64,000 nt of DNA from a virus. The position numbers were made by a program, and so were the translations under genes. Below, in pieces: positions 9,795-19,400 of this stretch (the first letter of the stretch is position 1; every line of letters begins with the position of its first letter). The DNA lies in IMG/VR virus record IMGVR_UViG_3300029953_000001; one strand, given 5' to 3'. A model generated the notes under the pieces. The model had not been told where the DNA came from. It made no database searches and was given only the letters and a program-made list of their open reading frames with translations.

Positions 9795-10480
9795 TAGGTG
9801 CTCTGCTCCTTGATAGCAATGGGAGTATCCGCACTGCTGTGATTCATCTGCTCAAGCTCCCACTGAGTCGGGGTTTCGGCCTGATGGACACGGAAGTAGG
9901 GCTGACCCTTGTACATATTCGCCGCGTTCACGTCGTCTACTAAAACAGATACGTACTCCGGTTTTGAGAAAAGACTGTTGATTTTCGTTAACAGCGGCTG
10001 CAACGTGTAAGGGTTGTCATTATTAGCGGTCGTTGGCGGAGTCTGGGCGAAGTTATGATTGTACTGAGCCATATCCTCGTTTTTCTCAATGAGGCAGCGT
10101 AGCTGGTTCATGTAGAAGATTGCGTCTTCATCCCTCTGAAACATATCCTTCATTCGCGTCTTGATGCGACTCATCATGACCATAGGTATGTGGTCGTCAT
10201 TGTTGATGGCGTAATTGAAATGTCCGTTAGGTCCCGGTGACCATAAGTCCTTCTCGAAGGTTGGAGTTAGCGTCTGGTCATTCTGAGTTGTGTAATACTG
10301 CTCCAGCAAACCAGCAGTCTTACGAAGTTGCTGAGCCCGTATTTGGTAGAACTGAGTTATGCCGGGAAAATTCTGCTCACGCGCAGCCACCCATGCTTGG
10401 AATGCATTCCACTGTGTTAGAGTGAAACGCCCCAAGAAGTTGAAAGGGGGATTGGGGTAAGCATATTTGAAAGAGGCCAT
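9794..10480 (-). CDS. structural or assembly protein (228 aa), function unknown
   Basis: ORF translationally coupled within the fiber gene array. Confidence 0.65.
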   Translation of the reverse strand: MASFKYAYPNPPFNFLGRFTLTQWNAFQAWVAAREQNFPGITQFYQIRAQQLRKTAGLLEQYYTTQNDQTLTPTFEKDLWSPGPNGHFNYAINNDDHIPMVMMSRIKTRMKDMFQRDEDAIFYMNQLRCLIEKNEDMAQYNHNFAQTPPTTANNDNPYTLQPLLTKINSLFSKPEYVSVLVDDVNAANMYKGQPYFRVHQAETPTQWELEQMNHSSADTPIAIKEQST

Positions 10481-10483
10481 AGA

Positions 10484-13102
10484 TCACTTCACAATGTGAA
10501 TCAAACCGCCGCTGATGTTGTGGGTGTAAATGCGTGCATTGGGCTTCTCCCCGGCGGCAAAATTCTCATTGCCGATAAAGAGACGTGCCACACGCTGATG
10601 ACCTACACACTGGATACCCACCACCTTTGACCACTCAATCACGTCATCCACATTGGTAAGTACGTGCATTCCTACTTGGATTCCCCCAGCAAATGCCGGA
10701 AGATCGTCCAACCCTACGCCCGGAACTTCCGTCCGTGCGAGGATTTCCTGCGTTGGTACCGGTGTAGACTCAGAGACAATAACAGCGGCACCATTCTCCG
10801 CCTCTAGCCGATAGCAGATTTCCGTGCTGAACTCCATCCACTGCACAGGCAAAAGGCTGTGTTCGGAGTAGTGAACGATGGCATCCAAGTGCGTACCCAC
10901 AGTAACCTCCGCTACCTTCAAGTCTGGTAGAACAAACATTGTCACGGCAGGGCATCCCCCTCCCCCTCCACCACTACCACTCAGAGTGTAGGCTACCGTC
11001 GTAGTATAAGTGCAAGTGAGATTGCTGACATTATCCGTAGCAATGAAGCCAAAATAGTCTCCGGGGGCGGTGTTAACATAGGTATTCGGGTTAAACGTTA
11101 ACTGGAATGTTTGGAGGTACCCGCTAACGCCATTGATAATGGCACTTGCTGAAGTTACAGGGGTGGATGAGCTACCAATTACCGTCTGAGTAGACTGACC
11201 CACATATTGAGTGAAAAAGTTAACCCCCACCGGGTCACTCCCTCCGGCTGTGAACATCTGAGCCGTAAGGGTCATAGACGTTACTGTCGGGGGGATAAGC
11301 GTGAGACTCGGGGTTACCGTCATGCCTACAGCTACCGGAGCCACATAGGAAGAACCTGCGGCGGTGATAGTGCCCACTTGACCGCTTATATATGAGACTG
11401 TATTAGTCACAAAGGTATCGTTGCTCAGGTAGGTAAGGGTGCCATTCACTGTCATGTTCACAGTGAGGGTCTGGTTGGTGGTGGCAGCGGGAGCCGTGAA
11501 TGGTATATTCCAACCTGTGAGCCATCCCGCCGAGTCAAGCACCGGGCTGGGGGTACCAGTGGAAGTAGCACCTGAAATCGTACATGAGGCATTAACGCTG
11601 TTGCCTGTGTTCTTGGCACCCTGCTGCTGGGGAGAGAACGCCTTGTTCAGAGCGACAGACAGCGTATAGCTTCCCCCATCAGCCGGAATGCTGGTCGGCG
11701 AGAGGGAAGCAACCTGAGGCATATTCATATAATCCACTTCGATGTTGAAAGAGACACCACCATTGGTGCCGGACACAGCGAATGTGTCAAACGTGGTGGA
11801 CGCATTGTTGAACCAAGCAATATCATCAGCTTGAACCACGAGGCTGGTGGACAGAACGCGAGAGGAAGATGAGGGGTTAGCCGTGTTCCCGTTGTAGTTG
11901 ACGGTGAAATTGGTACCATCATAGTTCACTCCGAACAACCCTTGATACGCGGTGTTATCCGTGGAGGTCAGAGCAAGAACTGCCTTCGCCGCTGCCGTCT
12001 TGTTCACCGGACTCCCGTTATACGTAGGGAAGGTAAACGTCGGGTTGTTAGGGTCATTATAGAGGTACAGTTTTCCCGTCGTACCCTCAAGCACAGGGCA
12101 ATAGGACTTAGTGGGGTACACGATGCCAGACACGTTGACCGTGAGTGTGATGGGCTGACCCACGACCTGAAGGTTAGTTGCACCACCACCGGGGGTGATA
12201 GTCACGTTGCCGACAGGAGTTGCAGGAGCCGGAGCAGCGATGAGGGTTACCGGGGCAAGTTCGCCCGAACTTGTGGTGATGTGAAACACGCGACCGGAGT
12301 GGTACCAATAATCCCAGTCACCTTCAATGGGATAGACCCCCGCCTGTGAAAAAGTAACCGCTACAGTGCTTGAACCTACATATCCCCCTGAACCGCTATT
12401 CTGAGCAGCCGGGAGAATAGGCAGACCTAACGCAACCGTTTGATTTTGACCAAGGGCGGCTAGGGTGATCCCCTTTCCTGCCCATGTGGGGGAAGCACCC
12501 GTTGCGGAGTTGCCAATACCCCACATGACACCATCCTTATAGGTGATGTTAAAGGTATAGGTACCGGGAGCCGGAACTAGGATACTACCAACAATGCAAC
12601 AGTTGAAATTTGATCCGTAAGGTGGAAAATTGGTGTAGGCGGTCTGTTGACCAGCGGTGTTGAAGCTAGACCACTGGGGACCTGAGCCCCCGGAGTCCCC
12701 CCCAATGTACGCACTGAAAGCGAGGGAATTGTTGGTCTGAGTCGCCGAGGCGGTAGATATGGTACGAATCGTGTTTCCTGATGGGTCGCTGGCATTTTTC
12801 CAGATGTAACCAGCCACGGGACCTGAGGTAGGGGAGTCATTCCACGCATAACATGTAACAACGCTGCCAACCTGTATGATGCCATTGGTTTGCTGCCAGT
12901 TGACCGAGGCGGAGTTGGTGGTGTAGTTGCTACCAGCGATGGTTGCTGTTCCCTGAAGAGTATCTGAACCGCCATTAGTGCCCGTGTATGTAAGCGTGGT
13001 CGAGCCGGTGCCCAAGTTAGTGTCCACGGGTATAGTAACCGGTATGGTCTGGGGGTTAGCCCCACCAATGACGACATTTACTGTTTCGTACTGAGTTCCC
13101 AT
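10484..13102 (-). CDS. tail fiber protein (872 aa) with C-terminal Hint (intein/hedgehog-like) autoprocessing-type domain after a Gly6 linker
   Basis: Fibrous N-terminal 700 aa. Then GGGGGG-CPAVTMFVLPDL ... RLFIGNENFAAGEKPNARIYTHN-ISGGLIHIVK (DNA about 10517..10954): Gly|Cys junction as in hedgehog GCF, intein block-F/G-like NFAAG...THN near the C-terminus. Confidence 0.7.
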   Translation of the reverse strand: MGTQYETVNVVIGGANPQTIPVTIPVDTNLGTGSTTLTYTGTNGGSDTLQGTATIAGSNYTTNSASVNWQQTNGIIQVGSVVTCYAWNDSPTSGPVAGYIWKNASDPSGNTIRTISTASATQTNNSLAFSAYIGGDSGGSGPQWSSFNTAGQQTAYTNFPPYGSNFNCCIVGSILVPAPGTYTFNITYKDGVMWGIGNSATGASPTWAGKGITLAALGQNQTVALGLPILPAAQNSGSGGYVGSSTVAVTFSQAGVYPIEGDWDYWYHSGRVFHITTSSGELAPVTLIAAPAPATPVGNVTITPGGGATNLQVVGQPITLTVNVSGIVYPTKSYCPVLEGTTGKLYLYNDPNNPTFTFPTYNGSPVNKTAAAKAVLALTSTDNTAYQGLFGVNYDGTNFTVNYNGNTANPSSSSRVLSTSLVVQADDIAWFNNASTTFDTFAVSGTNGGVSFNIEVDYMNMPQVASLSPTSIPADGGSYTLSVALNKAFSPQQQGAKNTGNSVNASCTISGATSTGTPSPVLDSAGWLTGWNIPFTAPAATTNQTLTVNMTVNGTLTYLSNDTFVTNTVSYISGQVGTITAAGSSYVAPVAVGMTVTPSLTLIPPTVTSMTLTAQMFTAGGSDPVGVNFFTQYVGQSTQTVIGSSSTPVTSASAIINGVSGYLQTFQLTFNPNTYVNTAPGDYFGFIATDNVSNLTCTYTTTVAYTLSGSGGGGGGCPAVTMFVLPDLKVAEVTVGTHLDAIVHYSEHSLLPVQWMEFSTEICYRLEAENGAAVIVSESTPVPTQEILARTEVPGVGLDDLPAFAGGIQVGMHVLTNVDDVIEWSKVVGIQCVGHQRVARLFIGNENFAAGEKPNARIYTHNISGGLIHIVK

Positions 13103-13112
13103 TTAGCCCCTC

Positions 13113-16100
13113 TTATACAATTTGCTGCGGAAATGCATTTGTGGCAGCGGCACGTAGAACCCCGTTATTGAAGACATCCCACTGAAAGGTTCCTGTAGCC
13201 GATACGCCTGAATCCACTACCGTAATACCGAACGCATTATTGCCAGTGACACCTGAAGCGAACGGGCCGGAGATACGGATGTAGGCGATTCCGTTATTCA
13301 GGGAGTCAACGCTGGCGGTGAAGACAGAGTTGCTGAGGGTGATATTGCTTGCCAATGTGGCAGCGTTCGTGGTGACCACCCCTGTAGCTACCACATAGAA
13401 CGAATGGTTAGGACGCGGGTTGATGGAATCCGTGCTGCCGTTGTCCACGTACCCGAGATAATTAGTCGTAATGCTGTCTGTATAGTCAATACCCGTTTGC
13501 AAGGTGAGACCGCTAACCACAGTTACAGTGAACGACTTTTCAGCGAAGGCACCATTCGTGTTGTCTGTGACGCGGAACGTAATCGACTTACTAAAGCCTG
13601 TCTGTGTCGTGACCCCCGTGATGGTTCCTGTGCTGTTACCCAGAGACAGACCGGATGGAAGGGGGCTCGATGAGGCCGGTGAAAGTGACCAAGAGTAATT
13701 ACCCGAACCCCCCGTAGCCGTCAGCATCTGGCTGAAGGTGCGGCCAGACGTAATCTGATTGATGGAGGCAGTTGTGATGGATAGACCTGAGGGCTGAACC
13801 ACCAAATTCAATGCCGCCTGCGCGAGAGGAGCCAGAGGGTAAGTGTCCCCCAAGCTATCGGTCACCGTGAACACTGGAGTACCATTGAACGTCGCACCTG
13901 TCGCACCAGTAATGAGTCCCCCTGAAGACATGGAGTAGCCGCTCGGAAGTGAGCCTGTGTAACTCCATGTGAAGGGGGTGTTATAGCCGGTCGCGGTCAA
14001 CTGGTAGTTGTAGCTGGCCGTCACCGTACCTACAGGTAAAGCTCTTGTAGTGATGGTAAGGCTCGATGTGGAGTTAAGAATGATGAATGCCTGAGCCGAT
14101 GAACCCAAAGAGTCCACTGTCTGCACTTTGATTGAGTAGTTGTCTAGCAGAAGAGTAGTGACGCCAGAGATGAACGCCGTTGTGCCACTATCGGCTGCGT
14201 TAGCCTGAATCGTAAGACCCGACGGGAGCGCGTTAGGACTATCAGGGGTCACTTGCCATGTGTTCGGTGTGGTGAATGTACCAAACGCACGGAGCGTACC
14301 CTGATAGGGTCCGCCACGATCAACAGGACCGACGCCCGATGTGTCTATGACCATGGCCGAAGTTCCGGTCTGAAGGGAGTAAGTCTTAGAGTCTGTATGG
14401 CCTGCGCCCCCAACTGTGTCAACTACACCGATGGTGACGGACTGAATATATGAGGTCACGGATGTGACACCGGAGAAAATGCCTGTTGATGGGTTGAAAC
14501 TTATACCGCTGGGCAACGCAGGACCGGTGAGAGACCACGTATAAGGAGGTACGCCGCCAGTAGCCGTCATCTGGTAGGAGTAGGGCTGACCGGGGATAAT
14601 CTTCGGCAGGTTTACGGTTGTGATTTGCACGTTGTTGTTGATGGCAAGAAGCAGAATTGCCGAAGTCGTGACACCACGAGCGTCTGTCAAATCAATAATC
14701 AAATTCTGACTATATGATGAGTTGGTTGGCGTGCCAGAGAGCAACCCAGCCAAATTCAACGTCATGCCAGTGGGTAGAGCGGGAGAGCTTGCATCGAGCG
14801 ACCACGCATAAGGAGTGGCACCCCCAAATCCCTGAAGCACAAATCCGGCGGAATTGTTGTAGGGTTGACCTGTGACTGCTGTAGGTAGGGTTGTTGTGAG
14901 GATGACAAGCGGGTTGATATAGTTAACCACGAAGCGGTGATAGAGATATCCACTCTGACCATTCTGGTTGGTAACACGAAACCACAGGTCGAAATAACCG
15001 GCCTCAGTGGGAGTGCCTGTGATATTGATAGCAGTCCCGCCCACGTTGGGCGACAAGGATATCCCAGCCGGGATTCGACCCCGATAAACGGAGGCAGCAG
15101 TCAAAGGTACCGACGATGCAGAACCGATAGTGGATGAGTAGGTTTGTTGAACAAACCCATCGGCAATATTATCAATGAGAGAAAAGGCGTTCTGCTGTGT
15201 GTCCCATGTGATGGTGACTGTACCATGAACTACGCTGGTCAAGTCGTAATATTCGATCACACTCTGACTGGTCGCGATGCCCACGATAGTTCCGTAGATA
15301 AGACCTGTGTTGGCGTCAAGGGATAACCCCAAAGGGAGGGACGACCCCGACTGCACGCGGGACAAGAGGGTGCTGGCCGTGGCAATGGACGGTGAGTTGA
15401 CCCATGGCTTGAGCGGGTTAAGCCCAACGAAGTCGCCAACAATGTACGGGCGAGTGAAGCACTGGGTATTTCCAATGTCAGTGGTACCATCATGGGAGAC
15501 CAGTGTATATTCACGAGTGATGGTTGCAACCTGATTGTTCCCTTGAAGAATCGGGAGTTGGATGTACACCTGACTGTTCGAGAACGAGGTAGGAGGCCCT
15601 GTTACCGTAACAACGTCATTCACACCATCAACGGTCGCGGTCAAACCGTTAGAACCCGAAATGGGGGTGGTTGTCGTACTGATACTATAGCCGGACAAGT
15701 TACCCAAGATGGGGAGAACAATAGTTGTGGTGTCCGCCGTCCCCCAATAATGGTCGAACGCGAACTGGTCGAGGAAGATGGTGCTAATGGGGTCATCCGA
15801 CTGATAGCTGAAAGCTTGAGTCAGTGAGGTTGCTGTATTGTCAGTAACCTTGAGGGTGAACTGATGCACACCCGCCTTTTGGGCAGGAACGGTGACGATA
15901 ACTTCCACCTGACCGTCCACCAATGCAGCGACCTGAGAGTTCACAGCCTGAATCTGAAGAACCTTTGAGGTCACCTTACCGAGACTGTCAGTAGCTTTAA
16001 TCCCAACCGTCCAAGTTCCATAGTTACTGAAGGTGAAGTTCAAGTTGTTGCTGGTGTCGATAAGGACACCGGGGAGGGTGGTAACCGTGTTCAATAGAGA

Positions 16101-16448
16101 CCACACAACCGTACCTGTACCGCCGTTACTGGTTAGAGGGACAACCTGAACTGAAGGGAAGCTGGTTGGCTCAAAGTTCTGTGAACTGTTCAGAATCGAA
16201 AACAAGGTAGGGTCAACCACAAGGACAGTGAGGACCTCATCCGCTGTGTTAAGATTCGAGTCGGTGATAATCACATGGAGTGTGTACGTGCCGGGGCTCA
16301 ACGAGGTTGAATTGATACTCAAGACCGCACCCGTCACGCTGAATGAGCCATTCGGTAGCGATGTTTTTGGGTCAGACGAGGGTGTGATAAAGGTGTAAGG
16401 TGCTACACCCCCAACTCCGGCTAACGTTGCTGTTGTAATGATGGACAT
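13113..16448 (-). CDS. giant adhesin-like fiber protein (1111 aa) with tandem He_PIG/cadherin-like putative Ig domains
   Basis: Repeated ~90 aa units containing the motif Y(T/A)WSL...(A/P)LP(S/T)G(I/M/L)(S/T)(F/L)N..(S/T)G.(I/L).G(T/V)(P/T), e.g. GGVPPYTWSLTGPALPSGISFNPSTGIFSGVTS, GGATPYAWSLDASSPALPTGMTLNLAGLLSGTPT. Confidence 0.8.
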   Translation of the reverse strand: MSIITTATLAGVGGVAPYTFITPSSDPKTSLPNGSFSVTGAVLSINSTSLSPGTYTLHVIITDSNLNTADEVLTVLVVDPTLFSILNSSQNFEPTSFPSVQVVPLTSNGGTGTVVWSLLNTVTTLPGVLIDTSNNLNFTFSNYGTWTVGIKATDSLGKVTSKVLQIQAVNSQVAALVDGQVEVIVTVPAQKAGVHQFTLKVTDNTATSLTQAFSYQSDDPISTIFLDQFAFDHYWGTADTTTIVLPILGNLSGYSISTTTTPISGSNGLTATVDGVNDVVTVTGPPTSFSNSQVYIQLPILQGNNQVATITREYTLVSHDGTTDIGNTQCFTRPYIVGDFVGLNPLKPWVNSPSIATASTLLSRVQSGSSLPLGLSLDANTGLIYGTIVGIATSQSVIEYYDLTSVVHGTVTITWDTQQNAFSLIDNIADGFVQQTYSSTIGSASSVPLTAASVYRGRIPAGISLSPNVGGTAINITGTPTEAGYFDLWFRVTNQNGQSGYLYHRFVVNYINPLVILTTTLPTAVTGQPYNNSAGFVLQGFGGATPYAWSLDASSPALPTGMTLNLAGLLSGTPTNSSYSQNLIIDLTDARGVTTSAILLLAINNNVQITTVNLPKIIPGQPYSYQMTATGGVPPYTWSLTGPALPSGISFNPSTGIFSGVTSVTSYIQSVTIGVVDTVGGAGHTDSKTYSLQTGTSAMVIDTSGVGPVDRGGPYQGTLRAFGTFTTPNTWQVTPDSPNALPSGLTIQANAADSGTTAFISGVTTLLLDNYSIKVQTVDSLGSSAQAFIILNSTSSLTITTRALPVGTVTASYNYQLTATGYNTPFTWSYTGSLPSGYSMSSGGLITGATGATFNGTPVFTVTDSLGDTYPLAPLAQAALNLVVQPSGLSITTASINQITSGRTFSQMLTATGGSGNYSWSLSPASSSPLPSGLSLGNSTGTITGVTTQTGFSKSITFRVTDNTNGAFAEKSFTVTVVSGLTLQTGIDYTDSITTNYLGYVDNGSTDSINPRPNHSFYVVATGVVTTNAATLASNITLSNSVFTASVDSLNNGIAYIRISGPFASGVTGNNAFGITVVDSGVSATGTFQWDVFNNGVLRAAATNAFPQQIV

Positions 16449-16459
16449 CCGTTTTCCTC

Positions 16460-19400
16460 TTAGCTGCTGATAACTACGGTGATGTTCTCGGTGATAGGTT
16501 GCGTCGGTTGAGAACCCGGACCTAATGTACTGATACCCAAATTGTCCACAACCCGCAGAGCTACTGCGATGGTGTAGGTACCTATAGAGGGCGGGGTGCT
16601 GATGGGTACAGTAAAGCCTCCAATAGGCGTAAGACTCTGATTCACATCCGGTACGTTTGAAGGTGAACCCGTGAGATTGTACGCCAGCACCCGGTTGGTT
16701 GGAGACACAGTGATAAATGATGCCAGACCGCTGGGAACCGTAACCGAATCAACGTAGTAGTTAGCCGGGGCGTGGAAAAGCTGCGGTGAGGACATGAGAG
16801 AGTTTGGCGTCTTGGAAGCAACTACAGCACTTGACAGGCTGATAGCCCACGTGTAGGGAGAGAAAGCCACAGAGATGTAGCTCTGAGCCACAACCGTAAC
16901 CTGAAGCTGACCCGTCACAGTGGTGGAGTTTGCAGCCGAGTCCGTGACCACAACAGTAACGTTGCAGTTATATGGTGTGGTGTTTGCCGCGAACTGAGCA
17001 ACCGTAATCTGCAAGGCAGCGGTGGATGTGCCGTTGTTGATGGCAACGAAGCGGGAGTCGCTCACACCCGATATGTTGTAGGTGTAAGGAGCGTCACCGC
17101 CAGAGACAGTGAGGGGTAGCGATAGAGTTTGGGTGACAATGTACTCGCTGACCGACACCGGAACCGTGGTGCCGTTTGCCTTGAGGGCGGAAAATACTTC
17201 GGAGAGGGTAAGGCTGTCCGGGAAACTTACGTTATTGAAGGACAGTGTGTCGGTACCTGCACCGGTCGGGAAGTAGTCGTAGCTCATAGTGAACCCATCT
17301 GGAGTCACGCTGCTGTTGCCCGTGGTGGGCTGTCCGCCAATGGTTAGGGTGGGGTTACCCAGAGTTGCAGTACCCAACGTGTTCTGCAATAGGGGGAGAC
17401 CGGTGTCACCCGGCTGGAACCCAGTGTACTGAGCCGAGATAATGGAATTGTTGTTGACCACACGATATTGCGTGCCAATCGTTGCCGTCGCCCCAACGTG
17501 AGCCGGGGCGATAATGACAGCGGCTTGAGCACGGACGGCGAGATTCACAACAACGCTTGCCTGAGTGCCAAACGTGACCGAGGTCGCGGTGATGGTAATT
17601 GGGGTTGAGGAGACCACACCAGTCGGAGTGCCTTGCAGGTATACGCGGGTGCCCGGAGCAGACGACAGGGTGACGCCAGCCGGGAGACCCGTGGCTGTCC
17701 AGTTTGAGATGAGGTCGGCGTCAACATAGTAACTGTTGACCGGAATCAACCGGTTGACATAGACGTAAGCCGGAATATTGTTATCCAAGATGTGAGTTGG
17801 CTGAGTCGTAGATTGAGCAACCTTTACAGTGATAGGGGTTGCCGCTGACTGAACGCTGTTCTTGTCCGTAACCACAACCAACACAGTGTACGAACCTGTC
17901 GTGGAGGTTGAGGAGGAGAAGGCCGAAAACCCTCCGATGCTTACCCCCGTACTGATGGTAGGGAGCGTTGTACCGCTCTGAATGCTGAAGGAATACGGAG
18001 CAGTGCCGCCTCCAGCAATGAGGGGGTATGCCCAGCTATAAGCACCTATGGCATCCGCTGTCAAAGTGTTTAGGTCAAGGTTGATAGCGTCAGTGAAAGC
18101 AAGAGCAACCACCGGAGTTCCCGTTCCTCCACCACCAACATTCAAACTGAAACGCTGTGCTGTGCTCACAGTGGCATTGACCGAGTTGACAATACCCGCA
18201 AGCTGGAACTTGAAGCTGTAACCAGCAGAGGTTGTCGGAGTACCTTCAAGTAGGAGGATGCAGTCAGCACCAGCACCCGCGACCGTGTTACCGCTGGCGA
18301 ACGTCATACCAGCCGGGAGAACGCCGGGGCCGATGAGGCTGGCGGTGCAAGCCGCGTTGGGAGCGTTGGTCAACTGAATCGTGCCGTTGTTAAGAAGAGC
18401 GACACAGTAGTATTGGCCTGAGCCCGGAGTGTAAGGCGTACTGATAACAGGGTCGGGGTAGCCACTCGCGAGGGGGGTGAACGTCCAAAGGGTTGGAGAT
18501 GTAGGATGACCGTTTGTGTTGACGGAGTAGGCACCTAGGGTGTATTGACCTGAACCCTGCTGCTGAACTGTGATAGTCATTGGCAGAGAGGCGATATGAC
18601 CCACGGAGTCAACCACTTTAACCGTGACAGTAAAAACCCCGTTCGCAGTCGGCGTGGCAACCAGCAAAGGTCCGTAGCAAACCGCCCCCGGAAGAGTGTT
18701 GCTTGCGGTGGGGTCAACGTAGAACTTATAACGCTCGTCGGTATCCAAGCCGTTTGCGTTAGAGGGTACACCACCAGTAGCTGTCAGCGTGATTGCAATG
18801 TTCTGCGGGTAGAGCGACGGGTACACTGTAGTATTCGGTGCGTTGAGGAAGGACAGTATAGCCGGAGTCACCCCTGCAACCACGGACATCTGGGTTGGGC
18901 TGACAATCGCCAACCCGGTACCGATGATACCGTCGTCGGTGAAGCTATTCAAGGTGTAAGGGGACTGACCCCCATAGACTGGAACAGCCAACTTGAACTG
19001 TTCCCCCGCGATGATGAGTGGCTGGTTCAACAGACCGTAGGAGAGCTTGGCTGGGGAGAGCAGGATGCTGTAGGTGGCTGATGCCTTAGCTCCGATGGCG
19101 TCCGTAACCTGAACTGTGAAGGTATAGGTCTTGAGGAAGTCAGTAGTCGAATTGTAAGTGCAGGGTACACCACCGAGCGTCCCGGAGTTGGCATCAATGG
19201 CGAGACCAATAGGAGCCGAACCAGCAACAATAGCCCATGTGTATGGAGCCAAGCCCCCCGTGTTCTGGATAACGATGGGCTGTGGGCTGTTGGGATTGGT
19301 GTAGTTCTCATAGGGGGTACCAACGGTAGCAGAGGGCAGAGTCGTGGTGGTAATCGCCAAGTCGGTCGGTATAAGGAAAGTCAACGTGGTCTCAGCGATG

